A stretch of 64,000 nucleotides of DNA from an uncultured archaeon (GTDB lineage Archaea; Nanobdellota; Nanobdellia; Woesearchaeales; CAIVOO01), in the NCBI GenBank assembly GCA_963845175.1, contig CAWJRI010000015.1:21316-85315 (forward strand), given 5' to 3'. Below the pieces are notes generated by a model that worked only from the letters and a program-made list of their open reading frames with translations, made no database searches and was not told where the DNA came from. Of this stretch, positions 20,543-30,593 are shown in pieces; the first letter of the stretch is position 1, and every line of letters begins with the position of its first letter. Position numbers and translations under genes: made by a program.

Positions 20543-21225
20543 AAGGAGTAATATTGGCAGCTGGAATGGGAACAAGGCTGAATGCCCTAATCCCCAAGCC
20601 ATTGGTTTCATTGGAAAATGAAAAAACGATTCTGGATTTTCAAGTTGAAAAACTTGCAAAAAAAATTGGAATGAATAATATAATTGTTGTTGTTGGGTAC
20701 AAAAAAGAGCTTATTATGGAGAAATTTCCAGATTTAATATATATTTATAATAATGAGTTTGCAACAACAAATACAGCAAAAAGCTTGTACAGGGCATTAT
20801 TAAAAGTGGAGGATGATACCATCTGGATGAATGGCGATGTTTTTTTTGACATTGAGGCCTTAGATCTGTTAATAAATTCAAAGCATTCGGGATGCCTGGT
20901 TGATAATGAGAAATGCGGAGAAGAGGAGATAAAGTATAACTTAAACAAAGAAGGAAGTATCCACGAACTCTCAAAGCAGGTTAAGGATGGACATGGAGAA
21001 GCATTGGGGATCAACATAATTAAAAAACATGATTTGGATGAATTTAGAAAAGAGCTAAATAACGTCGGGCAGAAGGATTATTTTGAAAAAGCCTTGGAAA
21101 ATCTAACTATAAAGAACAAATTGGTCCTAAAGCCAATAAACAAGAAGCAATTGTTCTGCAAAGAAATAGATTTCGAAGAAGATCTTATTCAAGTAAGAGA
21201 ACATATGAAATTATGTAAAAAATAA
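20539..21225 (+). CDS. Cytidylyltransferase (LicC/IPCT-like)
   Basis: LAAGMGTRL, PK.L, GYK.E, TNTA.SL, NGDV, EID..EDL. Confidence 0.8.
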   Translation: MKGVILAAGMGTRLNALIPKPLVSLENEKTILDFQVEKLAKKIGMNNIIVVVGYKKELIMEKFPDLIYIYNNEFATTNTAKSLYRALLKVEDDTIWMNGDVFFDIEALDLLINSKHSGCLVDNEKCGEEEIKYNLNKEGSIHELSKQVKDGHGEALGINIIKKHDLDEFRKELNNVGQKDYFEKALENLTIKNKLVLKPINKKQLFCKEIDFEEDLIQVREHMKLCKK

Positions 21226-22713
21226 TTACTTAGCTAGGTTTAAATATCTTTTAATTTCTTCAACATCTATTAATTTCAATAAATAGATCAAGACTAAGTA
21301 AACTAATAAAGCAACTAAGACAGCAATAATGGATTCTATCCAGATATTTAATTTTAATATGTCTTTAATGCAAAATATCACAAAAACAAAGACAATGCTT
21401 GCGAATAATGTTTTTATCCAGGACATAACAGGCACTTCAACCTCAATGCATTTCTTAACACTAATAGTTGATAAGATCAAAATTATAAGATAGCTCAGCA
21501 TTGTTGAAAATGCGGCGCCTTCCATTCCGAATCTCGGAATCAAAAATAGGTTCGCTAAAAAGTTTATAACAGCTGAAAATAAAACTATCTTCGTTACTGT
21601 TTTAGGCTTGCCTACACCTATTAAAGTAACACAATTTAATCTTGCTATTGCAAAGAATATAACCCCAATCAGCAGTATCTGCAGGGCGACAGCTCCGGAA
21701 ACATAGGCTTTTCCAAATAAAATTTTAATAAACAGCTCTGAAAGGGAAAAGACAGTTAGTATAAAAGGAACGATAATAATAAATGAATACTTGTACACTG
21801 CTTTTAGCCAGTCTGCTAATTTATGGACCTCTTTCTTTGCCCATATTTCAGAGACCATGGGCAAAGCCACTGCTGCAATAGATTCCGTGAAAAACATGAA
21901 CAATAATGCGGTTGGAAGAACTACATTGTATATTCCAACTTTGTCAAGCGTTACAAAATAAGTCAGCATTAAAGTATCCATTTTTCCTATTAAACCTGAA
22001 CTTACTGATGTTAGAATTATTGGAAGGCCAAAAATAAACATCTCCTTGGATGTTTTTAAAAAATTTATTATTTTATAAAAAGAAATTTTAGAATAAATTT
22101 TTATGAAAAATGGCATAAACACTAAAAATGCCACAATCCATGACATTAAATAAGCATAAACAGGAATAAAGACATGCAAACCAATGATAGATAGTATTAT
22201 AACAGAAATCAATATAACTATATTTGTTAACGGGTCAAGTATTGAAAATAATTTTATTCTTTGATGGCCTTGGAATACTCCCTGCATAAAAAGAACCATA
22301 GCACTAATTATCATATAAGGAATAAATATCTTTAATATTGTTGATGCCAAGGCATCTTTAAAATAATATTTGGCCAGAAAAGGGGCAAAGAAGAAAATTA
22401 AAAAACTGAATATCACCAAAGAAATTATTTGCCAGCTAAATGCCGCGACAACCATTGTTTTTAATTTATTAAACTTTTTCTTGACATTCAGTTCTGGAAT
22501 AAATTTAACCAACGCCTGATTCAACCCCAAATCTCTGAAAAAGATAAAAGGACCAAAAAATGCAAAAATAGCGAAGAATAAGCCATATTCAGCAGGCGTA
22601 AGGCTTCTTGCCAGAATTATCCTTGTGAAATAAGCAATGCCTGCCGCCAGAATAGACATCAAAAATACAAAAGAACTGCCTCTGACTAGCTTTCTTGTAT
22701 ATGTCATAAACAC
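21226..22713 (-). CDS. Wzx/AglR-type oligosaccharide flippase
   Basis: LAR.L.PAEYG, DLGL, D.LML....VGIY, LIP.FG.EGAA; about 14 TM. Confidence 0.9.
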   Translation of the reverse strand: MFMTYTRKLVRGSSFVFLMSILAAGIAYFTRIILARSLTPAEYGLFFAIFAFFGPFIFFRDLGLNQALVKFIPELNVKKKFNKLKTMVVAAFSWQIISLVIFSFLIFFFAPFLAKYYFKDALASTILKIFIPYMIISAMVLFMQGVFQGHQRIKLFSILDPLTNIVILISVIILSIIGLHVFIPVYAYLMSWIVAFLVFMPFFIKIYSKISFYKIINFLKTSKEMFIFGLPIILTSVSSGLIGKMDTLMLTYFVTLDKVGIYNVVLPTALLFMFFTESIAAVALPMVSEIWAKKEVHKLADWLKAVYKYSFIIIVPFILTVFSLSELFIKILFGKAYVSGAVALQILLIGVIFFAIARLNCVTLIGVGKPKTVTKIVLFSAVINFLANLFLIPRFGMEGAAFSTMLSYLIILILSTISVKKCIEVEVPVMSWIKTLFASIVFVFVIFCIKDILKLNIWIESIIAVLVALLVYLVLIYLLKLIDVEEIKRYLNLAK

Positions 22714-22808
22714 TTCAAATTTATCCCTTTTTAATAAACTAATTATTTATAATATTGAAAATAATTTAAAACAAAGTATATAAAGTAGATAATTTTCTAA
22801 AAACTGAA

Positions 22809-23792
22809 ATGAAGACTTTGATAACTGGGGGTGCAGGATTCATAGGATCTCACATAGCTGATGAATTGATAAAAATGAAAAAAGATGTAATAGTTCTTGA
22901 TGATTTAAGCGGAGGTTTTAGGGAAAACGTAAACAAAAAAGCAGAGTTTATTGAAGGCAGCATAAATGATGTCAAACTTGTACAAAATATATTTGATGAA
23001 AACAAAATAGAGCATATCTTTCATTTAGCAGCTTATGCAGCAGAAGGATTAAGCCATTTTATAAGACATTTTAATTATGAAAATAATTTGATTGGCAGCA
23101 TAAATTTGATAAATTCTGCAGTGAATCATAATGTAAAATGTTTTGTTTTTACATCTTCAATTGCAGTTTATGGAGCAAATCAATTACCAATGAAAGAAGA
23201 AACACTTCCTTCGCCAGAAGATCCTTATGGAATTTCAAAATTGGCGGTTGAAAAAGATCTTGAAGCAGCTCGCAGATTATTTGGTCTTAATTATGTTATA
23301 TTCAGGCCTCATAATGTATATGGTGAAAGGCAGAATATTGGAGACAAATACAGAAATGTTATTGGAATTTTTATGAATCAGATAATGCAGAACAAACCCT
23401 TAAGCATATTTGGGGATGGCAGCCAAACACGGGCTTTTTCTTACATTGGTGACGTTGCCCCAATAATCGCTAAATCTATATCAATAAAAGAAGCATATAA
23501 TCAGGTGTTTAACATCGGTGCAGATGAGGTGTATACTGTAAAACAACTGGCTGATGTTGTTAAAAAAGAAATGAATTCCGACCACCCAATTATTCATCTT
23601 CAGGAAAGAAAAGAAGTCAAACATGCTTATTCATCCCACGAAAAAGTCAAAAAAATACTTGATTATAAAACAACATTCTTATTGGAGGATGGAATTAGAA
23701 GAATGGCTAATTGGGCAAAACAAGCAGGGGCAAAAAAAAGCAAAGAATTTAATGACATTGAAATAAGAAAAAATCTGCCTCAGGGATGGTAA
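22809..23792 (+). CDS. NAD-dependent nucleotide-sugar epimerase/dehydratase
   Basis: GGAGFIGS, SS.AVYG, YGISK, RPHNVYG. Confidence 0.92.
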   Translation: MKTLITGGAGFIGSHIADELIKMKKDVIVLDDLSGGFRENVNKKAEFIEGSINDVKLVQNIFDENKIEHIFHLAAYAAEGLSHFIRHFNYENNLIGSINLINSAVNHNVKCFVFTSSIAVYGANQLPMKEETLPSPEDPYGISKLAVEKDLEAARRLFGLNYVIFRPHNVYGERQNIGDKYRNVIGIFMNQIMQNKPLSIFGDGSQTRAFSYIGDVAPIIAKSISIKEAYNQVFNIGADEVYTVKQLADVVKKEMNSDHPIIHLQERKEVKHAYSSHEKVKKILDYKTTFLLEDGIRRMANWAKQAGAKKSKEFNDIEIRKNLPQGW

Positions 23793-23796
23793 TCTT

Positions 23797-25395
23797 TTAG
23801 CACTTATAAATCCAACCAAGCTCCATTCCTTTATCTTTAGACGTATAAACTTTTTCGCATTTATTAATTTCCTTCCAAAATTCTCCGGATTTATCAAGTG
23901 TAGGGAAATCAATAATAATTAGTGTTGAATTTCTGAAATTTAATTTGTTTAATTCCCCAACTTTTGCCTTTGTTACATTTGCATCTTTCAAATAAATCCC
24001 TATGCTTGATAAATAATCAGTGATGAAGACGTTACGATTTAAATTATTTGAATTATAAAAATCAATAACATCATAAGCAACTTTATTTATATTTGGATTG
24101 GCAAGGCTTAAGGTGTGTTCCTGTATAAGGAATACATTAAAAGATAATGAAGAACTTATAAAAAGAATGAAAAATATTGAAGACAATTTCTTATTTTTCG
24201 CAAGAATCATATAAAATAGCAAAAAGATACAAGCTAGTCCAACAATCAGAATCATTGAATTAAATGATATCCAAAATGAAGGTCCGCTGCTTCCTACATA
24301 TGGGTACATAAAATTAAATTTTAAGTTTTTTATTGCATAGATATAATTAGATACAGAATGCGGCATAAATATTCTTGTTCTTAAATTCAAGTATAAAAGA
24401 GTGATATAAAATACCAAGAGTGATATTACTCCAATTGCAGTCTGTTTTGCCTTAAAATTAAATTTTGAGAGATAATTCCCTCCAAGTATACAAAGCGGAG
24501 GTATCATTGTCATAAGATAGCGTTCGTATGGAAGCCTGCTTGCACCAACAATAAAAAAATACAATAAAAATACAGCAGCTGTCCAGATTACAAAATAGAT
24601 TTTTTTCTTCTCGAACTTTAACAAAGACAGCAAAAATAATCCACCCAGCATCGGCGTTGCCCAAAATATGAGATAAATAAATGGGCGCAGTGTGAGTCCC
24701 TTGTGCGCCAAAGAAGTATTTTCTAATGTTGAGATAAACTGTGGCCAGTAGCCAAGCAGGTAGGATAGCAATGGAAATAAAGAATAGATAATAATCCCAA
24801 TTAAAACAATCGCCGCTCCGAATTTTATTGATTTTTTAATATCTTTTTTTTCATAAAGATGGATTAGGCCAAGAATTGCAATTAAAATTAATGTATCCAT
24901 ATATTTTGTAATTGAACTTAGCCCAATCAACATGCCAGTTAAAATTAAGAACTTGTTTTTGTTAGTCTTCAAATAATTTATGAATACGATAAAAGTTAGC
25001 AAATATTCAAACATAATCAAAGAGCCGTTTATATCAACCATTGAAGATGCGAGAACAGGCCAAAAACTGAAAGTCATCAGCAGACTTGAAAAAATCGCGG
25101 TTTTTTTGTCAAATATTTTTATTGAAAGAATATAAACCAAAATAATATTCATAATGCCAAAAATCAAAGGAACCAGTCGGGCAGTCCAAAAAACATTTGG
25201 TACAATAAATAATTTTTGCAATAAAAAATATATGGGAGGATGCAAACTGAATAATTTATTAAATATGGTGGAATAAAAAAAAGATTCGTCCGCAACAAAT
25301 ATATTTTTCAAAGATAAAATTCTTATAAATAATGCGAAACAAATGATAATAATTAGAGCGCTATTATCTTTGATTATTCTTATTATTTTTTTCAT
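23797..25395 (-). CDS. GT-C glycosyltransferase (PMT/GT39-like)
   Basis: DES loop, HPP, AR, TKY, ERY motifs; multi-TM. Confidence 0.8.
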   Translation of the reverse strand: MKKIIRIIKDNSALIIIICFALFIRILSLKNIFVADESFFYSTIFNKLFSLHPPIYFLLQKLFIVPNVFWTARLVPLIFGIMNIILVYILSIKIFDKKTAIFSSLLMTFSFWPVLASSMVDINGSLIMFEYLLTFIVFINYLKTNKNKFLILTGMLIGLSSITKYMDTLILIAILGLIHLYEKKDIKKSIKFGAAIVLIGIIIYSLFPLLSYLLGYWPQFISTLENTSLAHKGLTLRPFIYLIFWATPMLGGLFLLSLLKFEKKKIYFVIWTAAVFLLYFFIVGASRLPYERYLMTMIPPLCILGGNYLSKFNFKAKQTAIGVISLLVFYITLLYLNLRTRIFMPHSVSNYIYAIKNLKFNFMYPYVGSSGPSFWISFNSMILIVGLACIFLLFYMILAKNKKLSSIFFILFISSSLSFNVFLIQEHTLSLANPNINKVAYDVIDFYNSNNLNRNVFITDYLSSIGIYLKDANVTKAKVGELNKLNFRNSTLIIIDFPTLDKSGEFWKEINKCEKVYTSKDKGMELGWIYKC

Positions 25396-26108
25396 TTCCT
25401 TCCTTTATATCCTAATTTATATCCAATTATCAGATTAATCATCACAACGCCAAGCTTGAATGATTTCCAAAAATTGCTGGTTATTTTTGATTCACCAACT
25501 CTTTGCGCGTAGTTGACAGGGATTTCAACTGTTTTCAATTTATTCTTCAAGCATAAAATCATGAATTCTGGAGAGAAGCTTGAGCCGTTTATTGTAAATT
25601 TTTCAATTATTTTTTTCAATGCATCTCTTTTAATAAGCTTCATTGTACAGCCTACATCGGTTAAACAAGGCCCGTTATGCAAATATTCTAATAATTTTGC
25701 AACAGCCACATTTCCAATCCTCAAGAACCAGTTCATTTTCGCATTTTCCCAAATAAGAGATTTTGAAGTTCTTGTGCCAAGCACAACATCAAAATCATCA
25801 CAGTAATACAGCAGTTTAAAAACGTCTTTTCCTAAAAATGTGCCGTCTGGCTCAGCCATTATTATTATGCTGCCAGTAGCTTCTTTTAATCCTCTCTGAA
25901 GCGCTGCACCATACCCTTGCGTTTTTTCCAGGACATAAACTGCTTTTGTTTTCTTTATCTCTCTTGCAGTATTATCTTTTGATTTGTTGTCGACAGCAAT
26001 TATCTCATCAATAACGCCTGTTGAAAAGAAGTCTTCTATTGCAGTTTTAATGTTTTTTTCTTCGTTATATGTAGGAAAAACAACACTAACCTTTTTTTTG
26101 TTCCACAT
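25392..26108 (-). CDS. DPM-like GT2
   Basis: PTYNEE, DN.SKD, QGYGAA, EPDGTF, GTR, TDVGC, RVGESK. Confidence 0.85.
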   Translation of the reverse strand: MWNKKKVSVVFPTYNEEKNIKTAIEDFFSTGVIDEIIAVDNKSKDNTAREIKKTKAVYVLEKTQGYGAALQRGLKEATGSIIIMAEPDGTFLGKDVFKLLYYCDDFDVVLGTRTSKSLIWENAKMNWFLRIGNVAVAKLLEYLHNGPCLTDVGCTMKLIKRDALKKIIEKFTINGSSFSPEFMILCLKNKLKTVEIPVNYAQRVGESKITSNFWKSFKLGVVMINLIIGYKLGYKGRK

Positions 26109-26188
26109 TTTTAACTAAAATATGATATGTCTTTTAAATATTTATTTTTTAATAATTACTTTTAATATTGTAAATAATCATTCAAAAC

Positions 26189-26199
26189 CTTTATAAATA
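26189..26199 (+). promoter_or_regulatory. TATA box of the 5S rRNA gene
   Basis: CTTTATAAATA about 25 nt upstream of the 5S 5' end. Confidence 0.7.
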
Positions 26200-26218
26200 A
26201 CCTCAAATTTTTAACATA

Positions 26219-26332
26219 CAGGACGGTCATAGCGGCCTGGCAACACCCGATCTCATTCCGAACTCGGAAGTTAAGCAGGCCCACGTTTCCCTAAGTACTG
26301 CATTACGTGGGAACAGGGATTCGCTGTCCGCT
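26219..26332 (+). rRNA. rrf: 5S rRNA, stand-alone
   Basis: GGTCATAGCGG, CCCGATCTCATTCCGAACTCGGAAGTTAAGC, loop E AGTA...GAA; ends pair GGACGG/CTGTCC. Confidence 0.93.
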
Positions 26333-26333
26333 T

Positions 26334-27215
26334 CTAAATCTTTTTTATCTTTGCAATAAAGAACCCTTGTGTTCCTGTCTTATGCGGCCAGAGTCTTCTG
26401 CATTTCTTAATCTGCTTGTCCAATTCTTTTTTGAAGAAAGTAACCCCAGGGTCTCCAATTGTGTTAGCATCTTCTAGTTTTATCTTGAAGCTTTTCAAAG
26501 CCCAGTCAATCACAAACTCATTCTCCTCAGGTTCCAGTGAGCAGGTTGAATAAACCAGAATTCCATCTTTTTTTAGGACAGACAATGCACTTGTAAGCAA
26601 TGCCTTCTGCATTATACTTCTTTCTTCTATTCCTTTCAATGTTCTTTTGTCAAACCACTTGCTATCTGTGATAAAATTTCCAGAGCAGGGCGCATCCAAA
26701 AGAATTTTGTCAAACTTCAATCCAAAATCAGATATATACCTTCCATCTTTGTTGTAAACCAGGCAGTTGCTCACACCGCATCTCTCTATATTATTTTTCA
26801 AAGCACCTAACCTTTTATCATCAACATCAATTGCAACAATCTTTCCTTTATTCTTCATCCACTGTGCCAACTGAGTTGTCTTCCCGCCTGGCGCAGCACC
26901 TATTTCAAGCACAAGCTCGTTTCCAGGATCTAAAACCTGCACAGGCAGCTGCGCAGCAGCCTCCTGAATATAATAAAAGCCCTGCAGATATTCAGGTGTT
27001 GAGCCGATTGAGAAATTTGATTCAACTTTATAGCCAAAGTCAGCGAATTTTATCTTTTCAAGCTTTGCCTTCCTGCCAAATCTCTCGACGAAATCCTTCT
27101 CAGAAATCCTTAGCGTATTGACCCTGATTGTTTCAGGAAGCATTATCTCTTTCAATCTTCTCACATCTCCCAAAATCTCACTGTATCTTTTCAAGAACTG
27201 GTTCATATAATCCAT
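26334..27215 (-). CDS. RsmB/NOP2-family RNA m5C methyltransferase
   Basis: AAPGGKT, ILLDAPCSG, YSTCS..PEENE, GFFIA. Confidence 0.92.
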   Translation of the reverse strand: MDYMNQFLKRYSEILGDVRRLKEIMLPETIRVNTLRISEKDFVERFGRKAKLEKIKFADFGYKVESNFSIGSTPEYLQGFYYIQEAAAQLPVQVLDPGNELVLEIGAAPGGKTTQLAQWMKNKGKIVAIDVDDKRLGALKNNIERCGVSNCLVYNKDGRYISDFGLKFDKILLDAPCSGNFITDSKWFDKRTLKGIEERSIMQKALLTSALSVLKKDGILVYSTCSLEPEENEFVIDWALKSFKIKLEDANTIGDPGVTFFKKELDKQIKKCRRLWPHKTGTQGFFIAKIKKI

Positions 27216-27340
27216 TATCTTTTACATGTTTAAAAATATATTGTTTAAAACAATATTTAATTTAGATTTTTTAATAAAATCTTTTATATATTAGGCAAAC
27301 CTTTATAAATGAGTTTTTGATTTCTGGAGTATGGAGTTAT

Positions 27341-28687
27341 ATGAAAATACTTTTAATTGATGTTATAGATGAGCAAGAAAAATCTCAGGCACAATATTAC
27401 TCTTTAGGATTAGGTTACATTTCCTCTTATCTTAAAAAATATATTCGAAAAGGAATAGACATTAAGATTATAAACTCTAATATTGAAGAAGAGATTTTAT
27501 CTTTTAAGCCAGATATTGTTGGACTATCTTCTGTTTCACAAAACTTTAACAGAACTAAGAAAATAGCTAAATTCTGTAAAGAAAAAGGAATAACTATTAT
27601 TGTAGGGAAATCTCATATTTCTTCAATCCCATCTTGTCTTGATGAAAATATGGACGTAGGAGTTATTGGTGAAGGTGAGGAAACTTTTAAAGAACTTGTT
27701 GAATTATTTATTAAAAAAAAGTTTACAAAAGAGAGATTAAGGGAAGTTAAAGGAATAATATTTCATGATGGCAAAAAGATCATACAGACAGAAAAACGTC
27801 CTTTTATAAAAAATCTTGATTCTCTTCCTCTGCCTGATAGAGAAATTCTTAATATAAAAAGAGGTGACGAAATTTATCTTTTTAGTTCTAGGGGCTGTCC
27901 TTATAGGTGTAAATTTTGTTTTTCATCAAGATTTTGGGATACAACTAGATTTTTTTCAGCACAATATGTCCTTAAAGAAGTCAAATACCTTATTGATAAG
28001 TATAAACCAACTAGGATAAATTTTTATGATGATCTATTTATTGCAGATAAAAATAGGCTAAGAGAGATAGTTATGTTAATTAAGAAAGAGAAGTTCTATA
28101 AAAAAGTAAGATTTACAGTCTCAGTTCGTGCCAATCTGGTAAATGATGAATCAGCAAGATTGCTTAGAGAGTTAGGAGTAGATATTGTTAATATGGGACT
28201 TGAGTCTGGCAATGAAAGAATACTTAATTATCTCAAAGGCAATTCAGTAACTATTGAAGATAATCAAAATTCAATAAAATACTTTAAAAAATATGGCATT
28301 CAAGTAAGCGCTTCTTTTATTATAGGTTCTCCAGATGAGACAAGAGAAGAAATTTTTGACACTTTAAATTTTATTAAGAATAGTAAATTAGATATGTTTG
28401 ATGTCTATGTTCTTACACCTTTACCAGGAACGCCTATTTGGGAATATGCATTACAAAAAGGTCTTGTTTTCAATAATATAAAATGGGATAAATTAAACGT
28501 TGATTTTTCGAAAAATTATAAAAATTCAATAATTCTTTCTGAAAAATTAACTTGCAAAGAAATAAAGCAACTTTATGATGTTTTTTTAAAAGAACGTAAA
28601 CGAAGATACTATAAACTTATGGTAAAATCAGTATTTACCAGAACAAAAGAGATGATACCTTTTATAAAGAGGAAGTTATTTAATTAA
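27341..28687 (+). CDS. B12-binding radical SAM protein
   Basis: LGLGYI, GEGE, SRGCPYRCKFC, DDLF, GLESG, PLPGT. Confidence 0.88.
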   Translation: MKILLIDVIDEQEKSQAQYYSLGLGYISSYLKKYIRKGIDIKIINSNIEEEILSFKPDIVGLSSVSQNFNRTKKIAKFCKEKGITIIVGKSHISSIPSCLDENMDVGVIGEGEETFKELVELFIKKKFTKERLREVKGIIFHDGKKIIQTEKRPFIKNLDSLPLPDREILNIKRGDEIYLFSSRGCPYRCKFCFSSRFWDTTRFFSAQYVLKEVKYLIDKYKPTRINFYDDLFIADKNRLREIVMLIKKEKFYKKVRFTVSVRANLVNDESARLLRELGVDIVNMGLESGNERILNYLKGNSVTIEDNQNSIKYFKKYGIQVSASFIIGSPDETREEIFDTLNFIKNSKLDMFDVYVLTPLPGTPIWEYALQKGLVFNNIKWDKLNVDFSKNYKNSIILSEKLTCKEIKQLYDVFLKERKRRYYKLMVKSVFTRTKEMIPFIKRKLFN

Positions 28688-28720
28688 TAAAATTTTAATT
28701 ATGTTATTTTGGTGCAGAGC

Positions 28721-29470
28721 ATGGTAAAAATAGGCATAATTGGAGGGTCTGGTTTGGATGACCCTAAGATTTTAGAGAATGCAAAAGACATAGAAGTCAG
28801 CACGCCCTATGGAAAACCTTCTTCTTCCTTGAAAATTGGAAAAATCAAAGGCATTGATGTGATTTTGCTGTCAAGGCACGGAAGAGAGCATACCATCCCT
28901 CCAACGCAGGTTAATTTCAGGGCGAATATTCATGCACTAAAACAGCAGGGCTGCACGCATATACTTGCGACAACAGCTGTAGGGAGCTTAAGAGAGGAGA
29001 TTAATCGAGGGCACATCGTTATTCTGGAACAGTTTATCGACTTCACAAGGCACAGAATAATAACATTTCACGATGAATTCAAGCCCCACAAGCCCCAGCA
29101 CACGCCAATGGCAGAGCCATTTTCAAAATACTTAAGAGATTTGCTGATTAAAACATGCAACGAACTTAAAATATTCTGCCATGAAAAAGGAACAGTTGTC
29201 ACGATCGAAGGCCCAAGATTTTCAACAAAAGCAGAATCAAACATGTTCAGGATTTGGGGCGCAGATGTTATTAACATGAGCATAGCGCCTGAAGCTGCGC
29301 TGGCAAATGAAGCAGGAATTCCCTACGCAGCCATCGCAATGAGCACAGACTATGATTGCTGGAAGGATGATGAAGAGCCTGTGACTTGGGAAGCTATTTC
29401 AGAAATATTTAATAAAAATGTGGCAAAAGTCACTGATTTGCTTGTTAATGCAATACCTAAAATAAAATAA
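28721..29470 (+). CDS. mtnP: 5'-methylthioadenosine phosphorylase
   Basis: GIIGGSG, TPYG.PS, RHG, EGPRFSTKAES, TDYDCW. Confidence 0.93.
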   Translation: MVKIGIIGGSGLDDPKILENAKDIEVSTPYGKPSSSLKIGKIKGIDVILLSRHGREHTIPPTQVNFRANIHALKQQGCTHILATTAVGSLREEINRGHIVILEQFIDFTRHRIITFHDEFKPHKPQHTPMAEPFSKYLRDLLIKTCNELKIFCHEKGTVVTIEGPRFSTKAESNMFRIWGADVINMSIAPEAALANEAGIPYAAIAMSTDYDCWKDDEEPVTWEAISEIFNKNVAKVTDLLVNAIPKIK

Positions 29471-29472
29471 CT

Positions 29473-30570
29473 TTAAATTTCTATCACAATTTCCCCTGTT
29501 TTTTCATTTATCTCTTTTACGACCTTGTGCCCCTTTAACCTCTTTTTTATCTCATCCCAAGAATATTTTTCCCTTGCCTTCTTGATTTCAGTCATTATCT
29601 CATTAACTAGCGAATACTGCTGGTAGATTGCATCTGCCTTGTTTTTGTTTTCTTCTACCTCTTTTTCAAGCTCCACAAGCCTTTTTTCCTGCGAATTTAT
29701 TATTGTTTCAATCTTTTCAGTCTGTTTATCCTGTTTTGTCTTTACTTCTTTCTTCTCAACATTCCTGTCAGTCAGGACCTCGTCAAATGCAAGATTATAA
29801 TTTTCAAGCTCTTTCTGCTCAAAATCTTTGTATTTCAGCAGTTCAACGGGAACTATATCAACAACAGCATTATCTCTGTAGACAATTCTCGCATTTTTCT
29901 TCTTTGATTTTAATTTTTTAACTGCATCTGCTATTTTTTTGATTTCATTTGAACTTAATTCCTTTTTATTCTTGTCAATACCTGAAATTTCACATATCTC
30001 CTCTGCATAAACCCCTCCAAGACCCAAGTCAGAAGCCAATGCCTTAACCAATTCCTTTTTTCCAAGTATTTCCTTCAAAACACCTTCGTTAATGTCATTA
30101 AATTTTGTCCTGGGCCCCTTATACTCTGTCTTTGGCCTTATCTCCCTTTCTTTCCACAGCTGCACTTCCAAAGGCCTAAGAATCATGTAATTCTCATCGC
30201 AAAGAATAACATTGCACTTGTCAAAAAGCTCTGCAATCAAAATATACTTCTTTTCCTTTATTTCAAGGACAATCTCAATAATCCTCTCAAAGCTCCTCTG
30301 CCTTATTTCCCTTATCTTTGCGCCTCCAATGTATTTGCGGAGATAAGCGCAGAAATTAGATGGCTTTTCAGGAATTTCAGGCTTTTGCGATGCAAGATAA
30401 ACCAAATGAGGCATTATTTTTAAAATTTTTTTTCCAATATTTGTAATATGAAGCTGCAAAATAATCTCCTTTGGAAGAATGTGATAGATATTGTCTATTC
30501 TTGCACCTATTAACTGCTGAAATTCTTCTGCCAAAAAATTAAGTTCAAATGCGGCTATTTCCTCTTTCAT
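29473..30570 (-). CDS. NFACT/RqcH homolog, N-terminal half only
   Basis: F...LRK.I.G..I..I.Q..FERI, L.AELF..NVIL, GLGG.YAEE, coiled coil; no NFACT-R domain. Confidence 0.8.
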   Translation of the reverse strand: MKEEIAAFELNFLAEEFQQLIGARIDNIYHILPKEIILQLHITNIGKKILKIMPHLVYLASQKPEIPEKPSNFCAYLRKYIGGAKIREIRQRSFERIIEIVLEIKEKKYILIAELFDKCNVILCDENYMILRPLEVQLWKEREIRPKTEYKGPRTKFNDINEGVLKEILGKKELVKALASDLGLGGVYAEEICEISGIDKNKKELSSNEIKKIADAVKKLKSKKKNARIVYRDNAVVDIVPVELLKYKDFEQKELENYNLAFDEVLTDRNVEKKEVKTKQDKQTEKIETIINSQEKRLVELEKEVEENKNKADAIYQQYSLVNEIMTEIKKAREKYSWDEIKKRLKGHKVVKEINEKTGEIVIEI

Positions 30571-30593
30571 GTAAGAATTAAATTTGTAAAGGT

